Shown piece by piece: positions 27,040-41,215 of a stretch of DNA of 64,000 nt (the stretch's first letter is position 1; each line of letters starts with the position of its first letter). Origin of the DNA: the human T2T-CHM13v2.0 reference genome, Homo sapiens; assembly GCF_009914755.1 (NCBI RefSeq), contig NC_060930.1. The stretch is one strand, 5' to 3'. The notes beneath the pieces are model-generated. The model was not told the origin of the DNA. It saw only the letters and a program-made list of their open reading frames with translations, and did not search any database. A program made the translations under genes and the position numbers.

Positions 27040-27276
<237 letters not shown>

Positions 27277-27499
27277 GGCTAATAGTTATTAAGTGCTGCG
27301 TTAGTAAGCAGTGCTGCTCACCAATATCCAATCTCTTCTCTCCAGCACGTGGAGGATTGGCCTTCCTGTAGCCCCACAGTGGGCATAGCCTCGTAGTGTG
27401 GCCTGGATGGTAGGTGTGTGTGCAGCATCTGCACAGAGCATGGGACCTGCTAAGATAAGACCCTCCAGCCTTCTTCTTCCCTCTTCTCTGGTCGTTGGC

Positions 27500-27871
27500 T
27501 GATATGGTTTGGCTGTCCCCACCCAAATCTCATCTTGACTTGTAGTTCCCATAATCCCCATGTGTCGTGGGAGGGACCTGGTGGGAGGTAATTGAATCAT
27601 GGGGCAGTTACCTCCATGCTTTTCTCATGATAATGAGTGAGTTTTCATGAGATCTGATGGTTTTATGAGGGGCTTTCCCCCTCTTCACTCTGCACTTCTC
27701 TTTGCTGCTGCCATGTGAAGAAGGACACGTTTGCTTCCCCTTCCATCAAGATCGTAAGTTTTCTGAGGCCTCCCCAGCCATGCGGAACTGTGAGTCAATT
27801 AAGCCTCTTTCCTTATAAATTACCCAGTGTTGGGGATGTCTTCATTAGCAGTGTGAGAATAGACTCAAATG
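27500..27871 (+). mobile_element. Solo THE1D LTR
   Basis: tgatatggtttggctgtccccacccaaatctcatcttg...; TSD ttggc/ctggc. Confidence 0.88.
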
Positions 27872-28069
27872 CTGGCTTTGCCAGGCCTGGTCCCAGATGA
27901 GGACAATGCAGCCCCAGAGGACTCACGGGTCGTCCCTAAGGGACACTTGGAATGAGCAGGAACCAAGACACCAGGCTGCTGGATTCTGCAGCATCCAACA
28001 GGATAGTGAGGCCTGTCCTATAAACTGGTCAGCACAGCCTCTCCTGTGGTCTGTCCTGCAAATGTGCAC

Positions 28070-28192
28070 ACTCTGTGCCGGATGCTGTTCTGAAACCTGC
28101 AGCTGTGGTCACTGCTGCTGTCCTCAGAACAGCCGCTGAGGCTGACCCCACTTCCCCCCATTTGACAAATGCAGAAACTGAGGCCAGAATGG
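28070..28192 (-). mobile_element. MIR
   Basis: MIR core cccatttgacaaatgcagaaactgaggccaga, preceded by tcctcagaacagccgctgagg. Confidence 0.7.
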
Positions 28193-28900
28193 AAAGTAAC
28201 AAGAAATGAAACTGAAGTTTATGCTACTTTATTAAGGCATTTTTTAAAGCCAGATTCCATTTTTATGGCCTTAAATATTCTTTTGTATACACAACTGTGG
28301 CTGACAGCAGCAAGATTGTTTTCCCTACTTCTCGCTAGAGGAGGGACATAAAGATTGGAAAAAGACAGCAGAACACACCCCATAACCATCAAGAGGGACT
28401 GCATACATTAAACTCGTACCAGAATCATCACACAACAGTATTGGAATCCCGAGGAGTTACTATGTCATGGACATCCAGTTGCCAGGACCTTGCTGGGCCA
28501 GGTGTGCCATCAGTGGCCAAGCACAGAGACAGTGCACTTCCCTGTCGCCCTGCTACTCTCGGCTCGGTGCAGTGAGGTACGTGCGACTCCAGTTGTTTCC
28601 GAAAACCCAAGGAGGAAGAGTGAGGGCACCACAGAGGCCTGGCCCGCACACCCAGCCCCAATTCCTAGACATACAGACTGGATTTCCATTTTCAATCTCA
28701 TTTGAAGAAACAGTTCCCTGACTTTAATAAATGTTGAAACCAGTGGGCTTGTAAAATAAACCTGAGCTGGGGAACCAGAGTGGGCTTGGATTCCAGCCTC
28801 CCGCTTCCAGGTCACACAGCCGTGGGTGAGTAGTTTAACCTCCCTATTACTTTCGTGTCCTCATTTTAGAAATGAAAGACATTAGGGTGATTATGCCTAC

Positions 28901-29136
28901 CAGATACTGTCGGGAACAACTCCAGCCCTCTGTGAACTGCTAGGGGTGGGAGAGATGTCAGAGGCCTCCTTGAGACAGGACTGGGGGCAGCAGCCGTCCT
29001 GGAAGAGGTGACGTCTGGGCTAAGGGAGCAAATGGAAGACGAAGTCTATCCCCCACTCACGAGGTGAAAAGATCCCGCCTGCTCAAATGCTTGTGTTTTT
29101 CGTACTCAGCTTCAGAGGGTAAAGAGGAGTGTGTCA
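28901..29136 (-). pseudogene. Decayed SRCR exon (5' part)
   Basis: Acceptor ctctgtttttccag. Reads PLKLSTKNTSI*AGGIFSPREWGI, with TGA at the CAG cysteine position. The 3' end runs into MIR-like sequence. Confidence 0.55.
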
Positions 29137-29919
29137 CTGGAAAAACAGAGTTCTAATCAAAGGTGCTTTGAATTCTGGCCGAACCCCTGCTTGGTTTTTT
29201 GCTCAATCCCAGTGGACTTCGACTCCTATATTAGTTACTGCAAATGTCATCTTCAAAGAAATTCGCTGGCCCAGGATACTTAAATTAATCATAAAATCAG
29301 TCTCTTAGAGAAAAATCTCCCATTCTGGGCTGTCCCCTCCAGACTTTAAAGCACTGTGACAGCCCTCAGGACCGAAAAGCAAGATTTTAAAATATACCTT
29401 GGCCTCAATTAAGAAGAATAATTTGCACATGGAAACAGAGCCAAGCTGAATCAGAATTTTCTATCAAATCTCTTCATCAGGGTTCGAGCTTTGCCATTAG
29501 GAATGTGGGCTCTTTGGGGATGAATCTAAATTCCAAGAGTTAAATCAATCCCTGAGTTGGGTACAGAGGGTCTTTATTTCTGGACTTCAACCCTGGTTGA
29601 CATGGGCGGACTGACATGAGTTCATTTGCAGCTCCACGCATCACAGGTGAGCCGCAGTGTGACATAAATCATCAAACTCATGAGGATTGCCCGGCTTTGC
29701 TTGTCATTCTGTGTTTTCTTCCCAACAGAGACAGAGTTGCAGGGGCTATAGGACTGTGTATCTGTGTGGTCTGTGACTGAAAGTCTCTGGGCTCGAAGAT
29801 GGATTCAGGCAGACATGGGGCAGCATACTTGGCATAGAGGAGGCCCCCCTGTCTGCAGCGTCTGGAAATCCCTCCCAGATCTGACTTTTAACCAGTAATA
29901 AATACTTCACCTTCATGCA

Positions 29920-30330
29920 TGTATTAGTCCGTTTGCATTGCTATAAATAATCCCCGAGGCTGGGTGATTTATAAAGAATAGAGGTTTGTTTGGCTCACAG
30001 CTCTGCAGGCTGTGCAAGAAGCATGGAACCAGCATCTGCATCTGGTGAGGCCTCAGGAAGCTTCTGCTCAGGGCAGAAGGTGAAGGAGAGCCAGCCTCAC
30101 GTGGTGTGAGAGGGAGCGAGAGAGACAGGAGAGGAAGTGCCACTCTATAGTTAAAAACCAGGTCTCGTGTGAACTAATAGAGAAGTCACTCATTACTGCA
30201 AGGACAACACCCACCCATGCCTGAGAGATCCACCCCCGTGACCCAACCCCTCCCACCAGGTCCCACCCCCAACCCTGGGGACCAAATCTCAGCATGAGAC
30301 TTGGAGGACACAAGCATCTGAACTACCTCG
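29920..30330 (-). mobile_element. Solo MST (MSTA/MSTB) LTR
   Basis: tgtattagtccgtttgcattgctataaa...ggctcacagctctgcaggctg. Confidence 0.85.
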
Positions 30331-31007
30331 TGCACTAAGTGAATGATTCGTGCTCCAGTTTTTCTCCCCAAGGGCCCTGAGTGGGCTCACTCGGCGATGT
30401 GTGAGTGTGGTCTGGCCTGGGGTCAACTGATCTGAGACTGCGTTTTACAGATTTCACTTAATCATTTTGCTAATTTGATCCATTTTCCCAATAGAGGATC
30501 CACCTCACAGCACCACAAACTATGATCTGTGGCTCTTGTTAAGTAAGCTTTCGCACTTAACCTGCTGTGGTCTGGCTTTTGCTCAGCAGCTGTGAAATAT
30601 ATACCTGGACCCACAACGGCTCATGGAGTGCTTTCCCATGGAGGCTGATAGCGTCCTTCTGCCATACGCTTGCCCATGCCCTAACTAGAAATGGGCAGAA
30701 ACAACATCTTTCAGTTCGTTGGCGCAGGTTCTTTGAAGTCAGACTAACCTGCCTGTACCAGATGCTTAAAGCCCCGAGACCTCAAGTCTTCACCTATAAA
30801 CTGGAAACAGGAACACCTTCCCCACGTGCTGCTATTAGATTTAGAGGTAAAGTGGCGTGTCGCACCCAGCGGGCATTTTATTTATGATGGTGACGATCTG
30901 CTGACTCGCCGGACAACATGCTTTTCCACTTGCATTTTTGATAACCCTGTACTAGTGGACTCTTCAGATTGCAAGGATATGACATTCCTAGATTTCTGGG
31001 GTTCTTT

Positions 31008-32765
31008 AAAATAAAACATTTGTTTAATGAACCAGAAAAGCAAGCAGAGTCACCTTCATTGTTAAAGGTGAGACTTAGCAAAGGAAGGATGTGAAGCCTT
31101 TCCTCACTGTTTGCAAAATGCCACTCAGAGTGAGGCAGCCACCTTCAGTAGCTGAGGAAATGTCTTTTCCGTGAGATGGCCACAGTTCCTTGAACTGGCT
31201 CAGAAAGGCCACACACTGTCCTGGGTGAGGGAGAGTTCCTCTAAGGGAGCACGAGAAAGACCCAGTCTTCTGTTTCTTCACGTGTAGCCTCGTCCAAGAG
31301 CCTGTCCAGTACAGGCACCAACGGATGACAGGAGCGCTCCAGCTGCAATCAGTCCCCAGCTTCGTCTCTCTCCTTTAAAGCAGCAGGCAGTATTTCTTTG
31401 GCATGAGTTCATGCAGGCGAGCCTGGCTCTGGACTCAATCACTCGGGGGGCAGAAAATCCCACCCCAGCCGCACCGAGGTTCTGCTCCAGCAGCTGGTCC
31501 AAAGGCACCAATTTTGGCATCCCGCAGAGCGTCAGAGAATCTTTGTTGCCATAGGTGAGAAGTGCGTCTCCTGAAATGCCAGGTGTTTTCTGCTGACAGC
31601 TGCACACGCTCCTTACCAGGGCCGTGCCATCCTGCTCCATGACACACTCCATAGAGGGATCGCTGCACTACAGGTGGTGACAGCAGGGTGGCGTGCGTCG
31701 CACTGAGAGAAGGTGTCCACGGAGAGTCCGTCTGCTCCTCCTTGCCTTCAATGTGTCCTCCTGAAGCACGGGAGCTCTTTGCGGATGCTCCCATCATAAC
31801 GTCCGCATCCTCGGATCCAGGCTGAGGTATTCCACAGCAGCTCAGCTGCAGGGCCCGGGCCCCCGTGCTGTGAGCCTCATCCAGATGCAAGGATGCCTCG
31901 GGTTTCTTCTTGAGGGCAACCACTTCAGGAAGGTCAACAATACACTCCTCATGCCGTATGTTCCTTCCACAAGGATTAGAGTCTTCTTCCGGGGACTTCG
32001 CATCCGAGACTGACCGTAAACAACAGCATCTTTCAACAGCTCGCCCAGGCCCTGCCTGCCATCGTATCTGGCAATTCGAGTGGTTGCTTCTGGCAGCGTA
32101 GCCCCTAGAACTAGTGATGCAGGGCTCAGTTCCTCATTCAGAATCAGGCGCCGCTGCCCACAGGAGCAGGAGCATTCACTGAATTTGCTGCAGATCTCAT
32201 GCCACATGCCACAGAACCCAGAACTGCACTACAGGCCTCTCTAGTTCTTCATGTTGGCCAGGCCTCCAAAGTCCTGCCGAGGGCTGCACACTCCAACTCC
32301 GTACTTCCCCGGAACTTGCCGGCTGCTTGTTGACATGATCCAGTGTTCGGTGCAGGTCCAAGATAGCTGTAGGGACCCACGTCTCTGGCACCTTTAATTC
32401 CATTCCCTGTATACCTGAAGGAGCAGTTATAAACAGGAGACTGTCTCTGCAGCATGTCCACCCTGGCTTGCTCCAGACTGTTCCATTCCCGCTGTCTCTT
32501 AGCCTCACATAGAGGTTCCGTGTATACAAGTTTTCAAATCCTGATACAATGGCACAACGCCCTTGTGTTCTTCTCTTTCTGTTGCATGGTGATGACTTTC
32601 ATTTCTCCAATGCCTCAAGAAATCAAAGATTTTCAAAGAAGGCGGGTGGGTACGCCAGACCCCTAGTATGTAGGTGAGCACAGCACCCAGGACGTGTATT
32701 TCTCCTAGAGCTTCATGAAATGCTCTTTTACGCCATTTACTCTGTTCTGTGTAACATGACAGACC
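31008..32765 (-). pseudogene. SPTLC2: Processed pseudogene of serine palmitoyltransferase long chain base subunit 2 (SPTLC2)
   Basis: Intronless, frameshifted match from HVTQN through [44 protein letters not shown] and IESRAR to the SPTLC2-type C-terminus (...EETED). Followed by ~250 nt of SPTLC2-like 3'UTR with ATTAAA. The symbol refers to the parent gene. Confidence 0.93.
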
Positions 32766-33678
32766 CTCTGCTCAAGCCTCCGGGTGCTCTCAGCCAGGTT
32801 CCCTCTCCCTCCTTGAGACGCAGAGACGGCGCCTCAGGGACGCTAGGGGAAGCCCCTGGCCCAGAGCCGGGAGTAGTGGCAGCTGGACTGGTAGTCCCTC
32901 TGCACTTGCCCCTGTGGCCATCCCAGGTTTCTTTTGATACGGGGAGGTTTTCATCAGGGGAGGTGGGAACCAGAGGTGGCTCAGGAACTCCCCTCCCTGT
33001 CGGGCTTCCCTTCCAAGACAGGGGTGCACCACAGGCCCCACGGAGAGATGAGCACCTGGGGGGCCAGCCAGAGAAAGAAGGGTCACCCTCTCCATCCCCT
33101 GCCCCGGGAAAGACCTGCCTGGGTCAGTGTGTCACCAGCTGCCTCAGTTTCACAGCAGTCCCCCCAGGAAGATGCCCTCACCCACCAACAGGCCGCACGT
33201 CTGACCTGGGCACTCACCCCAGTCCCATGTGTCAGGGTGCAGAAAAGTCCGAGCACAGCCCCTTCCTTGGCCCCTCACTGCCTCCCAGACTTCCCTCCAA
33301 AGAGTGACCCATTTGAAAGGCCCCAGAAATATTCACTAAGCCACGCAGGGCTGGGAGGGCTGACGGGAGTCATGGTGGGGAGAACTTACCCCTGCCCCAT
33401 GCACGACGCATTCACAAAATCGACGTTCGCCTTCTCGAATGTTCCTGGACTCAGAGCCCAGTCTCCCAGCCTCCCTCTCTGTTTTATCAAAATAATCTAA
33501 AAACGCACATATTATTTTTCCAGTTTCCCTTCTTTTTTTCTTCAGGTTAAATTTTGACTGTAATTAGTGTGTGGCTGTATTTGAAACAACCCTAAGAGAG
33601 ATGTTACTGCTACCATTTTCTGTAAAATGGTCTTATTTTTCAAGAGATGGTATCTCTCAGCCCTCAATCCCCCTCTAC

Positions 33679-33977
33679 GATAGGCAGCACAATATGCCAA
33701 GATTTCATTTAGCTTTGTTCAGAGACCAAGTTGTAGCTGAATAAATAGAAAGAATGACCAAAGGTAGACTAGAGAAATGCAAACTCGGCTCGTTTTTACC
33801 ACGAGGGTGGTATAAGGAACCCATCTGCTCCTAAGCTGGCTTGAGGCTGACATTTCTTCATTGCAGTGGAATATTTTACCCTGGAACAGTCTCAGATTTT
33901 TCACCTGATACACATTCCAGAGATCCCTGCACACCTAGAGGGTTTCCTGTCACCCTTCACCAAGAGGATGTGAAATG
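33679..33977 (-). pseudogene. Decayed SRCR exon
   Basis: Very long pyrimidine tract ending cttcccag. Phase 1 reads AFHILLVKGDRKPSRCAG, matching the SRCR start LRLVxG..SRCAG. Donor end uncertain. Confidence 0.68.
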
Positions 33978-36259
33978 CTGGGAAGACAAAGGTGGAAGAA
34001 GAGGAAGAGAAGAGAGGTGAGGCTTCTTCACAAACATGGTCAGTGAGGCCGGCCTGAAGTATCATTATCCTGCGAGTGGCCAGGACTTCCAGCCCACCTG
34101 CTGAGAGCCGCCCAGAGCTCGGTCTTCCCATGGGGAGGGCATTGCACAGGCAGGATTATCCAAAGGAGGCCCCTGGTGTGGATGAGGCCACCACGCTTCC
34201 ATCCCACTGGCTAGGAACCCTGACTCCGGGCGCCTTACCCCAAAGATGGAGATTGTCACAGGGAGAAAGACAGTGGAGGGAGAGGGTGGGCAGCTCCCGT
34301 TCCTCATGCCTGGACTCCCATCCCAGAGGTGAGAAGTGAGCTTCGTGGTGAGATCACCACAAAGGTCTATCACCTAAGGGTCCATCACCTACTGTCACTC
34401 CCCCACCTGCGGAGCCCTGACCGATGGATGGACAGCCTTTCTCACCCTATGTGTCTCCTTAACGATTGGCCAGACCTTGGCCAGCAGTTTTATGTTCCCT
34501 GATGGTGAAAGTGTGGCTTCTAATAGAATCTCCCTCTGTTTTGTTTTCCAAACTTCAACTCTCTCCTCCAGGCTGACTCCGTCCATACCCGTCTCTGCCT
34601 TTCCCAGTGGCCTGGGACCCAGCCCAGCTCCTCTATCCTCACCCGGGTGCCTGCATGAGTGCTGTGGCTCCTTCCCCCCTCCTTTCTCCTTGGCCTTGGT
34701 GTCTATTCCTTGCAGCACCAGGGGCGTCTCCTCATGCTGCCCCGTTCCTGCGCCTCTGGGGAGCCTCAGGCCTCACTGCCTCTTTCCTGTGCCCACAGCA
34801 CCTCCTGTTCCTGCCCAGCTCGACACACCCAGGCCTGATGACTCCCAGCATGAATTCCCATGTCTCCCACCCCACGGCCCAAAGTCCCGAGCTGGTGCTC
34901 AAAGCTTTCCAAGCATTAGCTCTTTTCTGCCTCTCCAACCTCATAATTTGAGTTGCAGCTTCAGAGCAGCCACCCCCAGCCTGGGAGTGCTTCCTCCCCC
35001 GGCTCCAGCATTGCTCAGGGTTAGGGTTAGGGTTAGGTCAGCCTCCGGGCCCCACTTCCCTCCATCCAGACAGGCCCCACTCCTCACTCTAATTCCCAAG
35101 TCCGGAGACCTCGCTGGCGCTCATGTATCACCTGCATCTCTGGGCCTTGAACATCCCAGACCAGGATGGAGTCTCTCTCCTCACCATTTGGGTGCCATGT
35201 GGGGCTCCCTCATTAATGCTGCATACCTCTCTGGCTGGACTTCGTCCGTGAAGATGTGAATGTCTTAGGAATGGTAAAGACCTGCCCTCCGCGTCTTTAT
35301 AAACTGGATAGCCTGGTCCCAGCCAATTTCAGCACTCAGTGCCATGAGCAAGAGTCAAAATAGTTAACAACAGCACAGTAAAACAAATATGTCAATCAAT
35401 ATAGCCTTTAAAAATTGTAAAATAGATCCCCTTTTTTAAACTCTATTATTATTACATAAACATGCATGCCTAGATAGCCATTTACCAGGGTATAGGAATC
35501 ATAGCACGAATTTTTTATCAGATCATTCTAAGAGCTTCCAAATCATCAATAAACATCCCAAAATTATTGGCATACGATCTGTTTGGCACAGCTCTTCCTG
35601 AAGATGGCTCTGAGTTAGCCATGATTAGACATGGAAAGTCCTCGAAAATTCTCCCAAAAACTTCCTTATCCATTACACGGTCGTTAGGTGACTATGATGT
35701 ATTCTAACACTTTAGAATAGTGTTTATTAAAGCAAATCTCCAAATGTTTAACCACTCCCATGACACAATTTTAAAGTCTCCATAAAGCCACCTAACCTAA
35801 GTCTCCAAAAAGAACTTCTTTTAACATTATTGCCATTACTCATGGTGCAAAGACCTGTGTCAGCCTTTGCTGCACTAACATTAATGACACGTAAATATCC
35901 AGCCCTCCTAACACTGTCTGACATTTAGCTATATGTGATTTCTCTACTACTAGACTGTTATGAAAATTGGTTATTAGCTCACTATATTTAATTAGTCAGC
36001 TGAATTTTCTTTATCCACAGAGATTCACAAATGTCCTCTGACCTAGTTTCAGAATTCAAACTACTTAAGCATCTTAACATTTCATTGTTTAACTTTTCTC
36101 TTCAAACCAAAAATGCATTTTCCAATAACTTATTACACAAACTGATAGTTTTTTCTCTTAGAATAGCTACTTTATGTTTTTATTTCAATTTTTATCTTAT
36201 TTCTTTACTTAAATACTTCCTACTTTTCCTTCACTATTTTGTTTATTTATTTTATATAT

Positions 36260-36540
36260 TCATTCATTCAAGAAACATTTATATATTGACCATCTACCAG
36301 GTAGAAGGCACCACGCTAGGCACGTCAGTGACCAAAATCAACAACAGCAACAAAAATCTCTGCCCTTCATGGACTTACAGTGTAGAGAAAAGGAAACAAA
36401 TAATAAACATAACCAAACAATTACAACATATGATTTAAAGCTGATAAATGCTTTTGCAAAAGAAATAGACCAGGGAAGGGAATCTGGAGTTCTGTGGGAC
36501 AGTGGGAGTTTCGTTCCTTGGAATTTTTAATAGTCAGGGT
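36260..36540 (-). mobile_element. L2a 3' end
   Basis: attcattcaagaaacatttat...ctgcccttcatggacttacag. Confidence 0.75.
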
Positions 36541-36739
36541 AGGACTCACCTAGAGGAATACGCATGTGAAAACCTTTTTCATCTTTGCTTTAATAACTGA
36601 AATATGTTTTTCTTGTCAGGCTAACAAAGCATTAATGGTGTTTACTAAAGCCACAGTCTTCAAATGTTTAACCACTCCCATGACACAGTTTTTATCAGAG
36701 GGACTCTGTGAATCTTGATATACTTTTTAAAACATTCTA

Positions 36740-37124
<385 letters not shown>

Positions 37125-37697
37125 CTAGCTCTTCAGACATAGTATTTAATTCTCTCTGCTGTTTACTTGATGTATAATACAAACATAAAGCTTATTGGGA
37201 ACAGATACAGTGATTGATTTACAAATGTTATTGCGCCATTCAGATATAATTGAATACAGTCATTTCAGACTATAAATTAGTCTAAATTGAGTAGACAATC
37301 AAAATTAGACAACTTAAATTAAAACATGTTGAAACTTTATAAAAATTTGGCAGAAATGACATATTTTCTTCACACAATTACACTGACACTGTTTATACAT
37401 ACCTAATGTATTCTACATAAGAAGTTTCTCATGGAAATTATTTTTCTCCGACACTAAAAAGAATGATTGACATTTAATTTTATGACGTTCACAAAATCAA
37501 GAAAACCATTAAACTGTCTTCAAAGTTCTGAATTTTGTATTTCAAATAAATTATTACAATAGTCTTATGTGAAAGTAATGAAATTTGGCTGATAATGATT
37601 GAAATGTACTGCCTTGACTTGTAAGCTTCCTTAAAACTTGTTTTCATATTTCAATGGATGTATGTTTTCAAGTAGACGAGTCAAAATTCTAGATTAT

Positions 37698-37985
37698 GGC
37701 CAGGTGCAGTGGCTCATGCCTGTAATCCCAGCACTTTGGGAGGCTCAAGCAGTAGGATCACTTGAGGATAGGAGTTCAAGACCAGCCTGGGCAACACGGG
37801 GAGACCTCATCTCTACAAAAAAGGCATGGTGGTGTGCACCTGAAGTTCTAGCTATTCAGGAGGCTGAGGCAGGAGAAATGCTTGAGCTCAGGAGTTTGAA
37901 GATAGAGTGAGCTATAATTGTGCCGCTGCACTCCAGCCTGGGCAACAGAGCAAGAACCCCAACTATAAATAAATAAATAAATAAA
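37698..37985 (+). mobile_element. AluJ
   Basis: J-type sequence, (TAAA)n tail, TSD tctagatta. Confidence 0.9.
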
Positions 37986-38051
37986 TCTAGATTACAATAA
38001 TCCATCTATATTAGCGTTATTCTGTTTTTGAAGCTCTAATGACTATTTATA

Positions 38052-38363
<312 letters not shown>

Positions 38364-39349
38364 TTATGTCTGAAATGCCTGATTATTTTTAGCCACAGAA
38401 TAGGTGGTATAAAAGATTATAAAAGCAATACTTCTAAACATTTTTTCAGTTTCTTCATTAATACTCTTTAATAAATTTTAAAATAATTTTTTATGATTTG
38501 AAATGTTTACATGTGAAATTGAATTATGAATTAAGAAAATCATACTTCTAATTTTTTTCATTAATTTTTACACATTTCCATATGGAAACCTGAGTCTTTT
38601 GCACGATGTGGTTATCCCTGCACTAAGTGTGTAGATGGCTGGCAACTTTAACTTTTGACATTACACAGTTGGCACCACTTGCATCTGGCATTTGTGTCAG
38701 TATCAATAATAGGTCATTCAATTTTGTTGAAATAATCAAGTTGTTTTTAATTCCAGCAATGCAGCTTTTTCTAAAAAAAACAAAAAAGCAACAACAACTA
38801 ATTCTTGCCAATCAAACCCTGCTCCAGGCCAGATTGGTGTTTCCAACACCAGAGGATGCTCCAGGCGGTAGATCTGATTCACACTCTCTCAGAAGACGCA
38901 TGTTTATGAAATTTAAAGCAAGCATTCCTACACTTATCCAGAGTGATTTTTTTTACAATATTTTATCTTAGATTCTATAGCTACCACTTACATAAAAAAT
39001 GCAATGCCCCATAACAATAAAACCAAAAGTTTCTCAGAAGACAGTGCAACAGAAAGCCCATGTGTCTATACTTGTCGCAATGGTCAGTATCAGTGTGACC
39101 CAGTGAGCTTACCCTAGAATTTATATTATAATTAAAGATTGCCCATTATCACAGCTACTCTTATACTATTTACTACATACCAAGCACTATGGAAATATTT
39201 CAGTGTTTTCACCAACAGTCCGGCCTGACGGCGTGTTAATGCACGGACATCGGTGGGAATGCTCGCCTGGCCCCAGGATTCTGGATCGCGTTGGATGGAG
39301 TTCATTATCATTCTTAAGGGCTATCCTTTTTAATATGCACATGACTTTT

Positions 39350-39960
39350 CTAACCAACTTCTTGTGATATAATTGACATACCCTAAATTTACCTATTTAA
39401 AGTGTATAATTCAGTGGTACTAGTACATTCACGAGATTGTGCAACCATCACCGCTCCCTGACTCCTGAACATTTCCAGTCTCCCAGGAGAAACCGCATTC
39501 TCCTTGGCAGTTCCTTTCCATCCTCCAGCCCCTGGCAGCCACTGCCTGACTTTCTCTCCCTCTGGATTTGCCTGTTCTGGACTTTCATGCACATGGAAGA
39601 AGACAGTGTGTGGCTTTTTGTACCTGGTTCGTCCCCTAGGCACGTTTTCAAGGTACACTGTGTTGGAGAATGTGTCTGTACTTCTCTTTAATAGACTTTG
39701 TTTTTTAGAGTAGTTTTAGGTTCACAGCAAAACTGAGCAGAAGGTACAGAGATTTCCCACCTACCCTCTGCCCCTCAACACACACACAGCCTCCCTCACA
39801 ACCCACATCCCCACCACAGCGAGCATGTGTTACAATTGATGAACCTACAGTGACACATCGTCACCCAAAGTCGACAGTTTACAGGAGAGCCCCCCACTTA
39901 ATAGTGTGCATTCTATGGGTTTGGACAAATAATAATGACACACACCCCCATTGTAATATC
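39350..39960 (-). mobile_element. Two adjacent old L1 3'-end fragments
   Basis: ttaaagtgtataattcagtg... (39350-39690) and ttttaggttcacagcaaaactgagcagaaggtacagag (39700-39960). Confidence 0.75.
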
Positions 39961-39963
39961 CAC

Positions 39964-40615
<652 letters not shown>

Positions 40616-40894
40616 CTGGAAGGAGAATACATAGTAAAGCTGTTCTCATTAACTGTATCATTTGCTGACTATTATTGCCATAGGATTGATGAGCACGACA
40701 ATTATTACACAGAAGAGGGATTTCTTGCTATCCCTCTCAACTGTCTAAATATTTAGACATGTGGTATCTGAGCCATACACATTTCTCTTCCCAATTATTG
40801 AGTTCCCAGCTTGGCCCACAAACAGCATGAGGGTTTTGTTTAGAGTGGAGAAGAAAGGCCTTTTTAGAGAGCTAGAGAGCGGGGCTTTCTAAAC

Positions 40895-41215
40895 CAGCTG
40901 GGATTCTTTCTGAAGGTGGGAGAGTTGCTGGAAGTAGAGGGATTTGTTGAAGTCCGGTGGGGAGCAGGGAGCTTTTATCAGCCCAAGGGGGTATTTCAAG
41001 GCTGAGACTGGCACTCAGTCTCCACATCAGACCGGCACTCACTGCTCCGGGACTTCCAGAGCGATGTTGCCCCACCTGCCAGGACTCTGCAGACCATGAG
41101 GACGGCAGTCCTGACTCCTACAAGTAACCACATTTAGAGCAGACCCCTGAGCCCCACTTCCTCTCCAGCAAAAGCACCAGCTCTGAGGCTCTGCCAGCCC
41201 TGAGTTCCGAGGCCC
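40895..41215 (-). pseudogene. Decayed SRCR exon (best motif match)
   Basis: Acceptor ttgttcttttctcctcgtcctccttgggccag. Phase 1 reads GASELRAGRASELVLLLERKWGSGVCSK; after a frameshift TAVLMVCRVLAGGA, then AGLMW. 321 nt to a weak G|gtttag donor. Confidence 0.72.

Larger units (their letters stand above)
27447..28334 (-). pseudogene. Decayed SRCR exon split by a MIR and a THE1D LTR
   Basis: Acceptor tctttatgtccctcctctag, then NLAAVSHSC and HKNGIW. After the MIR: VHICRTDHRRGCADQFIGQASLSCWM..WCLG, ESS, LHCPHLGPG. After the THE1D: KKAGG..LS. Confidence 0.65.

Noticed and set aside
31278-32529. Functional serine palmitoyltransferase gene, or an SPTLC3 copy
   Set aside because: Many frameshifts and stops and no introns; the C-terminus and 3'UTR resemble SPTLC2.
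34477-35259. 260-aa Pro/Ser-rich ORF
   Set aside because: Compositionally biased, non-ATG start, no family motif.
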